Positions 27,401 through 39,500 are shown, counted from the first letter of the stretch. The stretch is 56,786 nucleotides of DNA from a virus (IMGVR_UViG_3300025096_003284:1-56786), one strand, 5' to 3'. Translations and numbers: made by a program. The notes: generated by a model not told the origin, from the sequence alone.

Positions 27401-29790
27401 CCGTACCGTGGGGAACTGGCTGCCCGGGCACCACTCACGGTCCTGAGACCGCGATCGCTGTAGGCGACCAACGTATTGAGCTAAAATATCCACTGTACGG
27501 TACCTCGGAAGATTCCCAGCCTTCTGTGTTTAAGCTGGATGACCTATTCACAACCGAGACAAGGGAAAAGTTTCAAACAGATATGTTTCTGTCTACATCC
27601 CTAGAACCCGTAAACTATAATTTGGATCCGTTCGTTGATGCAGTAGCTGCGCAGGGCGTATCGAACGCCACAGCTGAACAGCGCTATTTCCCCCTTGCCT
27701 ATGGATTACTGGCAGACCAGGTCTTTGATTATTATACTGTTAATGGCATCTTCGACGCCGCAACACTTCAATCACTAAACTTTTTCCACGACAATGCTAA
27801 CTGTGCTGCCGACGATATATCTGATCTTTTGGATGTATCGGGGGTATTCACCCAAATGCAAAAGGAATATTTAGAAGAGGCCTGTAATAACAATCCCGAG
27901 TCTTCCCGCGAACGCATGCGCGAAGTAATAAAATTTGGTATGTTTCTGCTGTTGATTCAGGTACACGTAGCTGAGTTTATTCTTAAAAACATTTTTGTCT
28001 TCGGCGCTGTGGAAATGGATGAGCTTTTTGCTAAGCCGTTTATTGTTTCATATATGCGCGATCAGGTAAGCCTATCGATGAAAAGCTATTTTTCAAGACT
28101 TGTTGAAGCAGGGGAAGAAGAAAAAGTTAACGGGGTTAAAGATGCTCTAGTCGACATATTCAACAGAATGATGCAACGCCCGAGTACTGTGGCGAATGGC
28201 GGCCTTTTAGATCTCAACAATAATGTTGTGTTTCCGTTTGGAACGGTGTTTCTAAAACCAGCTGGCAAGACCACCTACGGCCCGGATACCCCTACTGCAA
28301 CCTTTAATGATATTATCGATTATCTTACAATTTATCGTATTCAAAGCGCAATGGGTACCGCCGGCAACCCTGGTCCGACATCAAACTCTGTCAAGAATGC
28401 GTTGCCCATATCGCGCCAGAAACCAATGGATGAAATCTTCCTGAACTCGATGCCTGTGGTAGACGCCGTAAACACGACCTCAGCCGGTACCGGCGCCGAC
28501 CTAGGAGCTGAGTTTTTTGCGAACAAATTAAAGCAAAAGTCTGGTATTGTAATAACGAAGTCTTGGTTCAAAGCCGTGACCCTCGAACGCGCTCCCTGCC
28601 TAGATCAACAACAGATAAATCAATACTTAGGATTCGGCGCCACCATACCCATCGGCCACGGCTGTGAAGGGACAACCCATGGTCCACCAGATGAAGATCA
28701 CAGACCTCTCACTCAGAGCGAGGAAGAAGCCGCTACACTCGCCGCAAGTCTTAATCTTGGCCCCAATGACTCGATCCGCTACCAGTGTTATATGTATGTT
28801 GATAGTATGACGGAGTTTGATTTGCCGTGGATCCCTTCACCCGGCTCAAAGAGTGGCCCAGCTCCGGCCCCGACGCCAACAAAAAAAGCAATTAAGCTTT
28901 TCGAAATCGAGCTGGATAAAGTATCGGATCTAGAAAACTACAGCCTCAGAGAGGTTAAAAAGAGAGACCGTCTAAGCCCCGCAGAAGTGAGGTTTCTCCT
29001 CGATAATGAAACTTACCAAGATTACTTTACCAATGTTTTCAGCGCTGAGACAATTGGGATACTCCCAATTATACAGAACTTCTATCTTACCACAAAGTAT
29101 TTTAAGGATATCCGTAAAGCTATGCGATCTACGAAGAATCAAGTGCTCGATATATTGAATAGTACAATGGCAAACGCAGATAGTTATAGCGCAACGCCAG
29201 ACCTTCGCCGCCCAGGCGCGCGCAAGGCCATGGCCATCGACGGTCCAGATGCAGAAGCCATGGCGCGCGACTTTATTCTTAAAATGTTAATCAAGACACC
29301 AATTGATATTATTAAGGGTCTTATGCAACTCATCGACCCACACGTGATCATCACCAAGCTTATTAAAGGCGGGACAGCAGACGTATTCAACATGATTCAG
29401 TCTCAGTTGCGACAGGTTGACTTGCCGAGCCCCGGAGACGATCCCCCGCCAGCAATCGCCCCGTTTGCCGACGGCGCCGACGGGGGAGATGCTTTTGTTG
29501 CTATTTTATGTTTGTTGCAGTATCTTATGGAAAATCCGCCGAACTTCCCCGACCCGCCACCACCCGGCGTGAAACCAGAAAACTTCTTCCCGCGAATTTC
29601 TGAGGATGGAGTTGATTTCTTGGGTACGGGAATGGGCATGTTAATGATGCCGCCCACACCTTTTGGGCTCATTTATCTATTGTTATCACTAATTAACTTT
29701 GACACTGAGCAGCCCAATATTGACGTCCAGGTTGATTTTGGTCCAGACCAAACAAACGCTGGAGACTCGGGCGGCCCAAGTGAGTGTTAA
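24451..29790 (+). CDS. Large (1779 aa) acidic, mostly helical putative virion protein of unknown function
   Basis: Long ORF within the baseplate module with no recognisable catalytic motif. Contains an internal 30-aa duplication. Confidence 0.6.
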   Translation: MPAKLNFYKEFPGKPLNIPFEEKGIPYLKFKLRKKIKDQDTIYNKAIDHYVTHYFPEFYRNMKDPEFDGDDTYYDELRQTLRSAIRTENPGYATAPPTANHIIITRLEMDQTIAELRNSMARQDQLPEFRPSLEFFNKKNNISTEIASQTEIQLEHILTDMDLFGAVMKDFGKQKDNYSGAVPLGGINFNFLGGDISKVITVILREVLKDVEATMGETYRAEEGDVLTIYFSERTGPPEGELESSAPPPDPLNIFNVPKIAIAGITYSAAAATGTEFLKVGYLSLIKYKKRFRDPLTLKTLQKYNDVLLKAGESNAAGQPFPMFEFLSETLPDQIQTDQNNGDLFSFPTPNDQNNNDNNALLQEAIRLGLIDVTDTKELEDGIKALTTDELTQLRAAVESNPELAEKVYQAERKKNLETGINIANNIERAFEIGPLAMFEHCSALDKILEKIGLKALAKEALICLTFGINFEISRIAAAVGNVMEEELLSRPSIDPQTFDIFKIKGDLWKTILDMILNSLQQALLALVKSLTEMLKEACNLNNPRASDYGNTDLAGLIADNFLDPLAGVNPFGYGNDGNSPLGDLINLLGMPQEDIYKYVSDLSSILSSLDICILLMDIQSASDELIDRIIEFNLGYGDSNISTKLIDVSSVIEFFTLLGNVTDVTDLCNEIINDLSLLNQDNICLDIGQLDAQEMQNIEDLLDIIENGFTDEPPVYNFDCPEAENYISDPTITRLIPETLSTLVELVEMQFVYSVDSIKNVLLEPSIARAGGSGAKGETAYGTALKSVPDAEDWPELPKAGVSALLSIMKALKEVSSGSSDLRDALEACLIDVPGLLNPDLRNIGEAIDILMDVLMSPEISDALENISDKADQLNQGTGPAVMTYRFNQEFYNKFVDYINIDEADWKRLSTTPSRTQYYIKDRFKYITSEETNTNRVMFSFPDIASTPTLAGLRDGTVTATTGERLDCKDQQQINQILDFGGTVPWGTGCPGTTHGPETAIAVGDQRIELKYPLYGTSEDSQPSVFKLDDLFTTETREKFQTDMFLSTSLEPVNYNLDPFVDAVAAQGVSNATAEQRYFPLAYGLLADQVFDYYTVNGIFDAATLQSLNFFHDNANCAADDISDLLDVSGVFTQMQKEYLEEACNNNPESSRERMREVIKFGMFLLLIQVHVAEFILKNIFVFGAVEMDELFAKPFIVSYMRDQVSLSMKSYFSRLVEAGEEEKVNGVKDALVDIFNRMMQRPSTVANGGLLDLNNNVVFPFGTVFLKPAGKTTYGPDTPTATFNDIIDYLTIYRIQSAMGTAGNPGPTSNSVKNALPISRQKPMDEIFLNSMPVVDAVNTTSAGTGADLGAEFFANKLKQKSGIVITKSWFKAVTLERAPCLDQQQINQYLGFGATIPIGHGCEGTTHGPPDEDHRPLTQSEEEAATLAASLNLGPNDSIRYQCYMYVDSMTEFDLPWIPSPGSKSGPAPAPTPTKKAIKLFEIELDKVSDLENYSLREVKKRDRLSPAEVRFLLDNETYQDYFTNVFSAETIGILPIIQNFYLTTKYFKDIRKAMRSTKNQVLDILNSTMANADSYSATPDLRRPGARKAMAIDGPDAEAMARDFILKMLIKTPIDIIKGLMQLIDPHVIITKLIKGGTADVFNMIQSQLRQVDLPSPGDDPPPAIAPFADGADGGDAFVAILCLLQYLMENPPNFPDPPPPGVKPENFFPRISEDGVDFLGTGMGMLMMPPTPFGLIYLLLSLINFDTEQPNIDVQVDFGPDQTNAGDSGGPSEC
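27355..27444 (+). repeat. 30-aa Cys-bracketed repeat, copy 1
   Basis: CKDQQQINQILDFGGTVPWGTGCPGTTHGP. Confidence 0.85.
28597..28686 (+). repeat. 30-aa Cys-bracketed repeat, copy 2
   Basis: CLDQQQINQYLGFGATIPIGHGCEGTTHGP. Confidence 0.85.
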
Positions 29791-29805
29791 GGAGGAGATA
29801 AGAAG

Positions 29806-30195
29806 ATGTCCGGACTTTCGGTAGCACTACCATTAGAATTCAGTGAGGTTTTCGGACCTTATGTTCGCAACATGACCTTTAATGCCCTGGCCAAGCAAAA
29901 CTTAAAAATGTTGCTCCTCACCATCCCAGGAGAGCGAATTATGGATATTAATTTTGGCGTCGGTATTCCTAGATATTTGTTTGAGAATAATGGACCAGAT
30001 ACTTATAGTGCAATTGCCGGCAAGATCCGGGAACAGGTAGACATATACTTGCCATATATTGCAATTGATGATGTCGTCTTTAATTATGTGGAGGACAACC
30101 CGGACCTGTTCCCTAATTCGCTGAATTTGAGTGTTTATTTTACTATCATCCCGTTACAACAGTCAGATTCTTTAGAAATTGATATACACAACTAA
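29806..30195 (+). CDS. Baseplate wedge subunit, gp25-like
   Basis: KQNLKMLLLT.PGER.M..NFG.G...YLFE and I..Q...YLPYI motifs. Strong GGAGG Shine-Dalgarno. Confidence 0.9.
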   Translation: MSGLSVALPLEFSEVFGPYVRNMTFNALAKQNLKMLLLTIPGERIMDINFGVGIPRYLFENNGPDTYSAIAGKIREQVDIYLPYIAIDDVVFNYVEDNPDLFPNSLNLSVYFTIIPLQQSDSLEIDIHN

Positions 30196-30200
30196 TTAAA
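30191..30200 (+). promoter_or_regulatory. Candidate phage late-promoter motif (ACTAATTA)
   Basis: Lies upstream of the gp6-like gene and resembles ACTATTTA at 50990 and 55801. Confidence 0.35.
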
Positions 30201-30211
30201 GAGACTTTATT

Positions 30212-32011
30212 ATGCCCAAGAAACTACAACCTATTGATTATACGAGCCGGGACTTTGATTCAATCCGAAAAGACCTGGAGAACTACGCCAAGCGCTATTA
30301 TCCTGATACATATAAGGATTTTAACAAAGCCTCCTTCGGATCATTAATGCTGGATACAGTTTCGTATGTCGGAGATGTGCTATCATTTTATCTAGATTAC
30401 CAGGCCAACGAAAGTTTCCTTGAAACGGCTGTTGAATATAATAATGTTCTTCGATTGGCCCGCCAGATGGGCTTCAAACTCAATCAAAGTCCCTCCTCGT
30501 ATGGGGTGCTTACGTTTTACATTCAAGTGCCGGCTGACCAATCGAGCCTAGGCCCCGACTTAGCATATGCCCCGGTTCTAAAGCAGGGGTCTACCTTTTC
30601 TTCTTTGGGAGGAGGGATGTATACTTTGCTTGCAGACGTCGACTTTAGTGTATTAACCAACCAAGTGGTTCCGAAAGATATTGATAATACCACCAATAAT
30701 GTGCTGAACTATGTTGTGAGAGCTCAGGGCCGAGCTGTCTCTGGTCGAATGGCGTATAAGGAAGTAACGGTTGGGAATTTTGAAAGATTTTTAAAGGTTG
30801 ATTTGGGAGTAAGCAGTGTAACAGATGTTTTAAGTGTGCATGATACTGAGGGACATGAATATGTCCAGGTCGATAACCTATCCCAGAACGTTATTTATAA
30901 AGCAATTAGAAATACAAACAGCACCACCAATGGAGCCGTGAGCAGTATTCTTAAGGCAGTCCCGGTAGCACGACGATTTACAGTTGAGAATGTCGCCGAC
31001 CGCACATATCTCCAGTTTGGATACGGCTCGGATTCTGAATTACTGTCAGATTCTGTGGTTGACCCCACTAATCTAGTTTTAGATTTAAATGGCCGCACCT
31101 ATGTAACTGATGTTGATTTCGATCCTACCAACTTAATTAATACTGATAAATTTGGAATCGCCCCCTCTAACACAACCTTGCGTATTGCATATCGGGTGAA
31201 CACAATAGATGATGTTAACGCCGGCGCCGGAACCATTACAAACGTAGAAAGCCCAAAATTTAGGTTCAAATCCCAAGGCGCGCTGTCATCTACATCTCGA
31301 TCAACAACGCAGTCATCATTAGAGGCCACTAACGACGAGCCATTCACAGGAGACATCACGTTGCCATCTTCTGAAGAAGTAAAGCAGAGAGTCTTTGGCT
31401 ATTATGCAGCACAAAACAGGGCAGTCACGGTTCAGGATTATCAGGCCATCTGTTATGGCATGCCAGGAAAGTTTGGGTCGGTTAAAAGAGCTGCAGTTGT
31501 GCGCGACTTTGATGAGTTACGACGAAACATTAATATATATGTGATCTCACAAGACACTAGTGGCAAGCTAATAGCAGCCAACCAATCTTTAAAGAATAAT
31601 TTAAAAACGTGGCTCTTACAATATAAAATTATTAATGATACAATTGATATATTAGATGCTGTCGTAGCAAACTTTGGAGTTAATTACGTGATCGCAATTG
31701 ATACCAATGCAGATAGATTTACAGTATTAAATCGCGCCAACATTGCTATAGCAAAGCATCTTAATAATAGCCAATATGATATCGGCGAAACTATTATGAT
31801 CACGGACTTCTATAAGATATTACAGAAGGTCCCGGGCATTATCGATGTAATCGATTTAGAAATCGTAGGTAAGACCGGCGGGATTTATTCAGATTTGAGT
31901 TATGATTTCGTTGATAAACTGTCAGCCGACGGCCGCCGCATCATGTCTGAAAAGAATACGATTTTCGAACTTAAGTTCCCCAACATAGACATTAAGGGAT
32001 CGATTACCTAA
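30212..32011 (+). CDS. Baseplate wedge subunit, gp6-like (baseplate J family)
   Basis: IDYTSRDFDSI, D.LSFY.D.QANE.FL.TA, LQFG.G and AQNRAVT.QDY motifs. Confidence 0.9.
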   Translation: MPKKLQPIDYTSRDFDSIRKDLENYAKRYYPDTYKDFNKASFGSLMLDTVSYVGDVLSFYLDYQANESFLETAVEYNNVLRLARQMGFKLNQSPSSYGVLTFYIQVPADQSSLGPDLAYAPVLKQGSTFSSLGGGMYTLLADVDFSVLTNQVVPKDIDNTTNNVLNYVVRAQGRAVSGRMAYKEVTVGNFERFLKVDLGVSSVTDVLSVHDTEGHEYVQVDNLSQNVIYKAIRNTNSTTNGAVSSILKAVPVARRFTVENVADRTYLQFGYGSDSELLSDSVVDPTNLVLDLNGRTYVTDVDFDPTNLINTDKFGIAPSNTTLRIAYRVNTIDDVNAGAGTITNVESPKFRFKSQGALSSTSRSTTQSSLEATNDEPFTGDITLPSSEEVKQRVFGYYAAQNRAVTVQDYQAICYGMPGKFGSVKRAAVVRDFDELRRNINIYVISQDTSGKLIAANQSLKNNLKTWLLQYKIINDTIDILDAVVANFGVNYVIAIDTNADRFTVLNRANIAIAKHLNNSQYDIGETIMITDFYKILQKVPGIIDVIDLEIVGKTGGIYSDLSYDFVDKLSADGRRIMSEKNTIFELKFPNIDIKGSIT

Positions 32012-33588
32012 TGGCTATTTTAAGATTTACAGCTAGCGCAGACACAACTATTACAAATGCTTTTGAGTCGAATTTGCGCCTTCGTGGCACGGGATCTAAT
32101 ATGGGGTATGCCGACTCCCTAGAGATTTTCTCGATTTATGGCCAAGAGTCCGGATCAAACGGACAATCTCAGGAGCTTTCGCGAACTCTTATAGAGTTTC
32201 CTATTTCTCAGATTTCAGCCAGCCGTGCCGCAGGGAACCTTCCCACCTCCGGGAGCGTTTCCTTTCATTTAAGAATGTTCAATGCGCGCCATCCATTCAC
32301 ACTACCTCAAGGATTTACTCTAGTTTTAGAACCAGTGTCGGGCTCTTGGACCGAGGGTACCGGCCTTGATATGGATGAATATAAAGACCTGGGACAAGCT
32401 AACTGGGGCCTGCGCACAAGCGCCGACACTTGGACTCGCAAAGGTGGCGATTATTACACATCATCGGCGCTCATTACCAATGTTTCGTTTCCTCTGGGAC
32501 TTGAGGACATAAATCAAGATATCTCACACTTAGTTGAAGAGTGGGTCAAATATTCGAATGCTAACGCTTCACTTACGGGAGTAACAAAAAACTACGGGCT
32601 TGGGGTCCATCTAACGGCCAGCGACGAAGCCTACTTTTCCAGTTCTGCCGGAGCAGGAAAACTCCCCCTCGATCCCGGCGCAGACTCTGGCTCTGTGTTA
32701 CAGAACCCCGGCGGAGCAAACCAATCTTACTATACTAAGAAGTTCTTCTCTAGGAGTACCGAGTTTTTCTTCAAACGTCCAGTTATCGAAGCGCGCTGGA
32801 ACTCAGCAACTAAAGATGATAGGGAAAATTTCTATTATTCTAGCTCTGTTGCGCCAGCTGCCGACAACTTAAACAAATTATATCTTTATAATTATGTGCG
32901 AGGGCGCCTTGTTAATGTTCCGAAGGTCGGAACCAACGAGATGCTGGTCTCATTCTATTCAAGCAGCGCCGGCCTGCCCACGGGATCTAAGCTTCGGCTT
33001 CCAGTAGGCGGTGGGGTCGCCGCAGCGCTCGATCTAAACGCTACAGCTAGTTATTTGAGCACAGGCCTGTATACAGTCCAACTAGCTCTTACAGCGGCTT
33101 CTACGGCCGTCCCTGCGATTCATGATGTATGGCACTCTGGCGGTGTTGAATTTTACACTGGTTCGTTCTATCCTGAACTGATGCCGACCTATGATAGTGC
33201 GCCTACCTTCAATCGTATTACGAGTTGCACCAATCTTAAAAAGAAATACTCCACCACAGATAAGGCACGCTTTCGCTTTTTTGTAAGAGATAGGAATTGG
33301 AACCCCACAATTTATACCGTGGCGAAAGCTAACAATCCTACAGACATTATTGAAAGCGCTTCTTACGCGATCTACCGCACCACGGATAACTATGCGGCTA
33401 TAGCATATGGCACTGGCTCGTCTTTGAGTACAATGATGTCGTACGACAAAGGAGGCAACTATTTTGATCTTGATCTATCGCTTCTAGAGTCAGACTATAT
33501 GTATGAAATAAGATTATCCTATTATAATGATAGTATAGGAGACTGGCAGGAGCAACCTCAAACGTTCAAATTTAGAGTTGAAGAATAA
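32011..33588 (+). CDS. Putative virion structural protein (beta-rich, S/T/G-rich)
   Basis: Coupled to gp6 by TAATG. Has SR.LI.F, W.EG.G and KKFFSR...P..EARW segments, and is rich in [ST][GAS]S. Confidence 0.7.
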   Translation: MAILRFTASADTTITNAFESNLRLRGTGSNMGYADSLEIFSIYGQESGSNGQSQELSRTLIEFPISQISASRAAGNLPTSGSVSFHLRMFNARHPFTLPQGFTLVLEPVSGSWTEGTGLDMDEYKDLGQANWGLRTSADTWTRKGGDYYTSSALITNVSFPLGLEDINQDISHLVEEWVKYSNANASLTGVTKNYGLGVHLTASDEAYFSSSAGAGKLPLDPGADSGSVLQNPGGANQSYYTKKFFSRSTEFFFKRPVIEARWNSATKDDRENFYYSSSVAPAADNLNKLYLYNYVRGRLVNVPKVGTNEMLVSFYSSSAGLPTGSKLRLPVGGGVAAALDLNATASYLSTGLYTVQLALTAASTAVPAIHDVWHSGGVEFYTGSFYPELMPTYDSAPTFNRITSCTNLKKKYSTTDKARFRFFVRDRNWNPTIYTVAKANNPTDIIESASYAIYRTTDNYAAIAYGTGSSLSTMMSYDKGGNYFDLDLSLLESDYMYEIRLSYYNDSIGDWQEQPQTFKFRVEE

Positions 33589-33597
33589 TTATAGAGT

Positions 33598-36500
33598 ATG
33601 AGCATTAAGAAATACTTTGAAGTTGCCGAAAACATTCAGTCACTGGCAAACAAAACCTCTAACGATATTTCGGGAGAAGTAGAATCCTCGGGATATCATG
33701 CGCAGGATATCATCAAAGAAGAGAGGTATATTCCTTATGCTGATTTTAAAAAGCCTGAAAACTTTGCCCGGTGGGGTTCTGCTGAAGAATATTATGAATC
33801 TGCCATTAAGAGAATTTATGGTACTTATCCATACGACGGCTCTCTTAAAGAGAGGCTAGAGTGGGAAAATGAGTCCACATATCTAGATCTTTATCTTCTT
33901 GAAGAGCGCTACCCTCGCACAAACGGCTATATTATTCTGTCGGCCGACAGTACCGCGGTCAGCCAGGTTAATGATGGATATGGACGCCCCTCAACCCCGG
34001 AATACATCTTCTTCAGAGGCGGCCCTAACCCCACTACGGGTCAAAGTGACACCCTAGCCGGCCAATTTACTGGTTCTAACTACTATGAGCCGTCGATGAA
34101 CCGGGCCTCTAACTTACAGTATGATCTCGCTTCGCGCGGCACATCGCTAGAATTCTGGCTCAAGAAGGATAACTTCTCTGACCCTAGTGTTACTTCTCGC
34201 GAAGTAATCTTTGATATGTGGAACGGCCAGAATTCCTCATCCGCTGATTATGGGCGCCTGCGCCTGGAGCTTTCCGCCAGTGGTGATAGTGTCCTGGGCG
34301 CAAACCCGTTATTGCTTACAGCATTATCGGGAACGACTGGATTTTATCGGCAGCCTATTGCAGCAAGTACTTTTACTACTTCCTCACTAGCAGATGGAAA
34401 CTGGCACCACTATGCAGTGACAATGAAGTCTGCATCTGCCGGAGTAACTACTAAATTCTATGTGGATGGCCAACTTAATAATACTACTACTTTGGGAACC
34501 GCGGGGATTAATGATATTTCAACACCAGGATTACGGGCTCACATCGGCGCCTTGGTTGACCAAGTCTCAGGTTCCTGGACTACTCCGAGCCCCACACTAG
34601 CCGGCGACGGCAAGCTCGACGCCTCTCTAGACGAATTCCGCTACTGGAAAACACAGCGAACTTCTAAAGACATTGGTCGCTATTGGTTTACACAGGTAGG
34701 AGGCGGTGTTAATACCGACCCGAAGCCATATATTACAACTCAAGAACTAGCAAACACAAATCTGGGCGTTTATTTTAAGTTTAATGAGGGCATTACCGGC
34801 ATAACTAGCACCGACAGCACCGTATTAGATTACTCTGGCCGTTATTCAAATGGTACGTGGACAGGCTATAACGCGAACTCTAGAAACACTGGCTCTGCTA
34901 TTGTTTCGTCTAGTGCTGCAACTCATGAGTTCCTGGACCCTATTATCTATGTTTCACACCCCAAGGTGCAGGCGCTAAAAACAGAACTTCAATTGTCTGG
35001 CTCCACCTATGACGTCGACAATAATGCTGCCATTTACAACAGCATCCCGTCATGGATTAGCGAAGAGGACAGTGAAGGCACCAAGAATGTTAAGTATTTA
35101 ACCCAAATTCTCGGAAGCTATTTTGACACTCTTCATCTTCAGATCGATAATTTAAACACTCTTGGTGAGAAACGCTATGTGAGTGGCAGCTTTGAGAAGC
35201 CAATCCCCTTCGCGGAGAAGCTAGTATCCTCAACAGGTATCGTCGCTCCGAACTTGTTCCTAGATGCGGATGTTTTAGAAAAGCTAGCCGACCGAAGCGA
35301 AGACCGCGTGTATGCGATGTCTTTGCACGATATTAAGAATACGATCTACCAAAACATCTACAATAATATATCTTACATCTATAAGTCAAAGGGGACCGAG
35401 AAAGCCTTCCGTAACCTTATCAGGTGCTTCGGAATTGATGATGAACTTGTTAAATCCAATATGTATGCCAGCAACGTGGAATATGAATTGCGAAACAACA
35501 GGCGCAACACTGTTGTGGCTGACAAATTTATTGATTTTAATACAGAAGACAATCAAGTAGCTACAGTCTTCAACTATCCCAATTCTGCCAACGCCAACTC
35601 AGTTGGTTATATTACTTCGAGTACAAATCTTACAGGAGGATTCTCTACAACCCTAGAAGCAGAGATTATGTTTCCTCTCAAGCCCTCCCAGGAACAGGCG
35701 CAGGGATTTTTTAACACGAACGTGATTAGTTCATCTCTGTTTGGAATGCATGGCGCGATGCCTCACGATGCAAACGACACGACTTGGCTGACAAACCTTG
35801 AAGCTGTCAACTTTCAGGTTTATGCTGTTCGTGACGAATTGTTGTCCGATAATGCTACCTTTGTGCTCACAAGTTCTGGGGATGGTCATATACCGGTCAT
35901 CTCTTCCTCGCTCTACCAAGATGTATATAACAACCAGAGATGGAATCTGTCGGTTCGAATCCGTCCCGAACAGTATCCAGTAAAGGGCCTAGTAGACGGA
36001 GCTAGCTCCAATTACGTAGTTGAACTTCATGGCGTCCAGGCACAAGCCGGGGAAATCATGGAACAGTTTACTGTTTCGGGGAGCATTTCAAGTGCAGGCC
36101 TACCAGCTGCATTTATGACCGGCTCGCGTCGTGCCTACATTGGTGCCCACAGAACCAATATGACAGGCAACGTTTTACAGACTTCCGATGTGAAGGTTAA
36201 TGCTTGTCGGTATTGGCTGGACTATGTCGACGATGAAGCTTTAGCCGGCCATATTCTAGATACGGAGAATCACGGTGCTATGCAGCCGCACCTCTATGCT
36301 TTCCCGTTCCAAACATCAGCGTCTTTCGGCGATGTTAAAAAGATAGACACTTTGATATTCAATTGGGAGTTCCTTACTAACACGGGATCTAGTGCTAGTG
36401 GATATCTTACGGTTGCAGATATTAGTTCTGGATCAGCGCCAAAGACTGGATTGGACACTGGGTTTTCAATTGATAACCTCCTAAACCAGCAGCACACAGC

Positions 36501-39500
36501 ACAAGGACGATTCTTCAAGACCTCATCAACTTCAGCTATCGATAAGGACTTCGTCGTCGCCGCGCGCCTGAATCTCCCCGAGAATGTACAGTCCGAAGAT
36601 ATGGTGAAGGTCCTCAATGCCCAAGAGCAGGATGTGTTTACTTCTGACTCGCGGCCAACCAGCTATTTCTTCGCGTTCGAGAAGAGTATGTATCAGGTTA
36701 TCTCGGAAGAGATGGTTAATTATTTCGCTAACCTTAAGGATTTCAACAACTTAATTGGTGATCAGGTGGAACGATATCGACCTGATTATAAGCAGTTGTC
36801 TTTCATGCGGCAGAAGTTCTTTGAGCAAGTTGGCAACGATAGTCTTGACTTTGATAAGTTCTATGAATTCTATAAGTGGTTCGATAGTTCCCTTTCGTTA
36901 ATGCTCGGACAACTTGTCCCGGCCTCGGCAGACTTTAGTGATAATGTTCGTACCATAATCGAGAATCACGTTCTTGAAAGGCCAAAGTACCAGCAGAAAT
37001 TTCCGTTCCTGCAGCGCAAGGGTGGCGGCGATATTACGAGTTCAGCTGACGGCAATATGGCTGCAGATAGCTCGATGATGTCTTCGCCAGAGGAATTCGC
37101 ACAAGGTACTGCTTTCTTCACAAACACCGCGATGACAAAACGTCAGATTGGCTCTTCGAATACGTCGCAGAACAGGCCGTGGAAGCATTTCCACGCTCCC
37201 CTCGCTCGGAGCGCTCCTTCTGCCAAGTCCATGCTTTTCGATGGCGACAACCCCAGCGAGATTGATATTGGTGCCGATTCTGTTTGGAATCCTCTAGTAG
37301 GACTCGCCGGCGCTGACGCAAAAGCTTTTACTATCTCTGCCTGGATTAAAGCAGATGGAACAACAGGACAAGGAATCGGCTACGGAGTGATATTGGATTT
37401 TGCTGCCTGGGACCGTACCTTCATGATAGATTATTCTTCGTTGCCTTATAGCACTTATAATCTTAAGTATTATATGCGCGGTAGCACCCCCGGCGAGGCT
37501 ACCACCGCCGCCGGCGGCTTGAACAAAGACGTCTGGTATCACGTTGCTGTCACCTATACCGGCGGCACAGCCGGCACAATAACTCTATATGTGGACGGTG
37601 CAGCCGCCACCGACTCGGTCACGACACCCTCTGTTCCCGACGCCATCGGTAGCGGTCATGGTTGCAACATCGGAGTAGATTATGGAGGCAGCGTGGAAGC
37701 CTTCGGCGGCAACATGTGTGATGTCGCCATTTGGGACAAAGCCCTCTCAGCAGCCGAAGTAGTCGAAATTGCCGGCGCAGGCAGACGAGTTAATTTAAGG
37801 GAAGTGAGTGCCGTATCTAATCTTCTGACGTGGTGGATGATGGGTTCGGACCCTCTGGATACTTACAATGGTACAATTTATGATCAGATAGGCGGACGCA
37901 ACGGCGCGGCGGCAGGCTTTAACTCGGCCGCCGATATAGAATTTGACTCTCCAGTAATGAAAAGCCCCTACTATGGTGCTGGACCTGCCAACAAGAACAT
38001 GTACTGGCACCGCTATCTTGAAGAGCGCTCCGGTAGCGCGATGCCATCAGGTGATGCCGCGCGCCAAAGCCTTCTCGGCTCAATTAGAAATACCTTCGAC
38101 CGTCGAGTAAACTCTCCGGTCAAGCTCGCAGTAGAGGGTTACACAGCAATTGGTGGCGTTGGACGGCATCATAACTTCGTAGCCAATTATGTTTTTGAAG
38201 CCGCTGCAGCATGGGGCCGTACGGTTGGTACCAATGCGCCTGTCAATATCCTCCTAGCCCATTCGGGTGGTATAGAAAAACTTCTCGGTACTACCGATGA
38301 ATACTACCCCACCTTTAAGCAGCGCCTAGGATTTAAACTAAACCCAGGAGCAAACAGTGGCAAGGATAATGCCTTTGACGGCAATATGTATGCGCCATTT
38401 AGTCTCTATAGCTCATCGGTGACAACTGGGTATAACGCAGAAGTGGTAACTAACTGGACTGGTAATGTTGAAATTACAAACCTTCACCACGATTTTGTAG
38501 CCGGGACTGATATTCCAATGCAGGGTCCATTCACCGAGAAGTACGTTGGAGGGCGCCAGTATCGCCATACAGCGCTCAACAAGGGCCCGACGCTAGATAC
38601 TGTGGAAACCCGCGCCGAAGGCTTTAGAATCCAGTTTAACGACGTTACAGCCTCTGGTGGTGGAACGTTTAAGAACTCTCTGGCGATTATTCCGCCCAAC
38701 TCGTTAGGCGGCGCCGCTGATTGGTGGAGCCCGCCGACTGCCTATCGCATGCGCACTGCGACCGCAAAGCGCCCGGTTAACATCCGCAACATCAAGATGA
38801 CGACTGGTTCAACGATCATTGGCAACTACGAGAAGAACTATCAGGTAATTAATACGGGAGGACGTACTCTGAACGACCCGTACTTTAAAGATCAATCTTT
38901 CAATTTTGCTTTGTATCCTGAGACGCTGGCAACAAGGGGAAGATTTCCGCTTTATGAGCCCGAGCCTGTTGAGGCCAAATCGATATTGTTTGACGCTAGT
39001 TTGGGGACTGTCGTCTACGACACGGACGACTCCGCCTGGGAGAGTGCGCTAAGTAATGTTTCCACCGACGGCCTTACCATTTCCTTCTGGTTCAATTATA
39101 CGGGTTCCCCTTTAACTACCCCGCGACTGGTTAATCTGGGAACCATCCAATCTGGAATCTTCAAGTTCGATGGATTCAGCATGCGGTTATACTTCGCTGA
39201 CCCTAATTGGGTTCTTTATGCCAACCTCCGTGACCCCACCGCCGCGGCATCCTACGCACAAGGCACCACAGGTCTTGCGGCGGACACCTGGTATCATGCT
39301 ATTATAGAGTTCCCCGCCGGGGCCCTCGACGGGACCGATTCTGAGGTACCGGCGATCTATCTTAATAACTCACTCGAAGTTTTAGCTGGTTCGGATGGCG
39401 CCGCCGACTGGAGTACTCTCGAGGCGCTCGACACTGGCATCAGCCTCGGTGATCACGGCGTGCTCAGCGACCCTTATAATGGCTATTTATGCGACGTGGC

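Noticed and set aside
24451-29790. 1779-aa protein as a tape measure protein
   Set aside because: It is helical and large, but acidic, Cys/Pro-containing, and without the periodic Ala/Gly-rich pattern or an upstream chaperone pair. Left as unknown.
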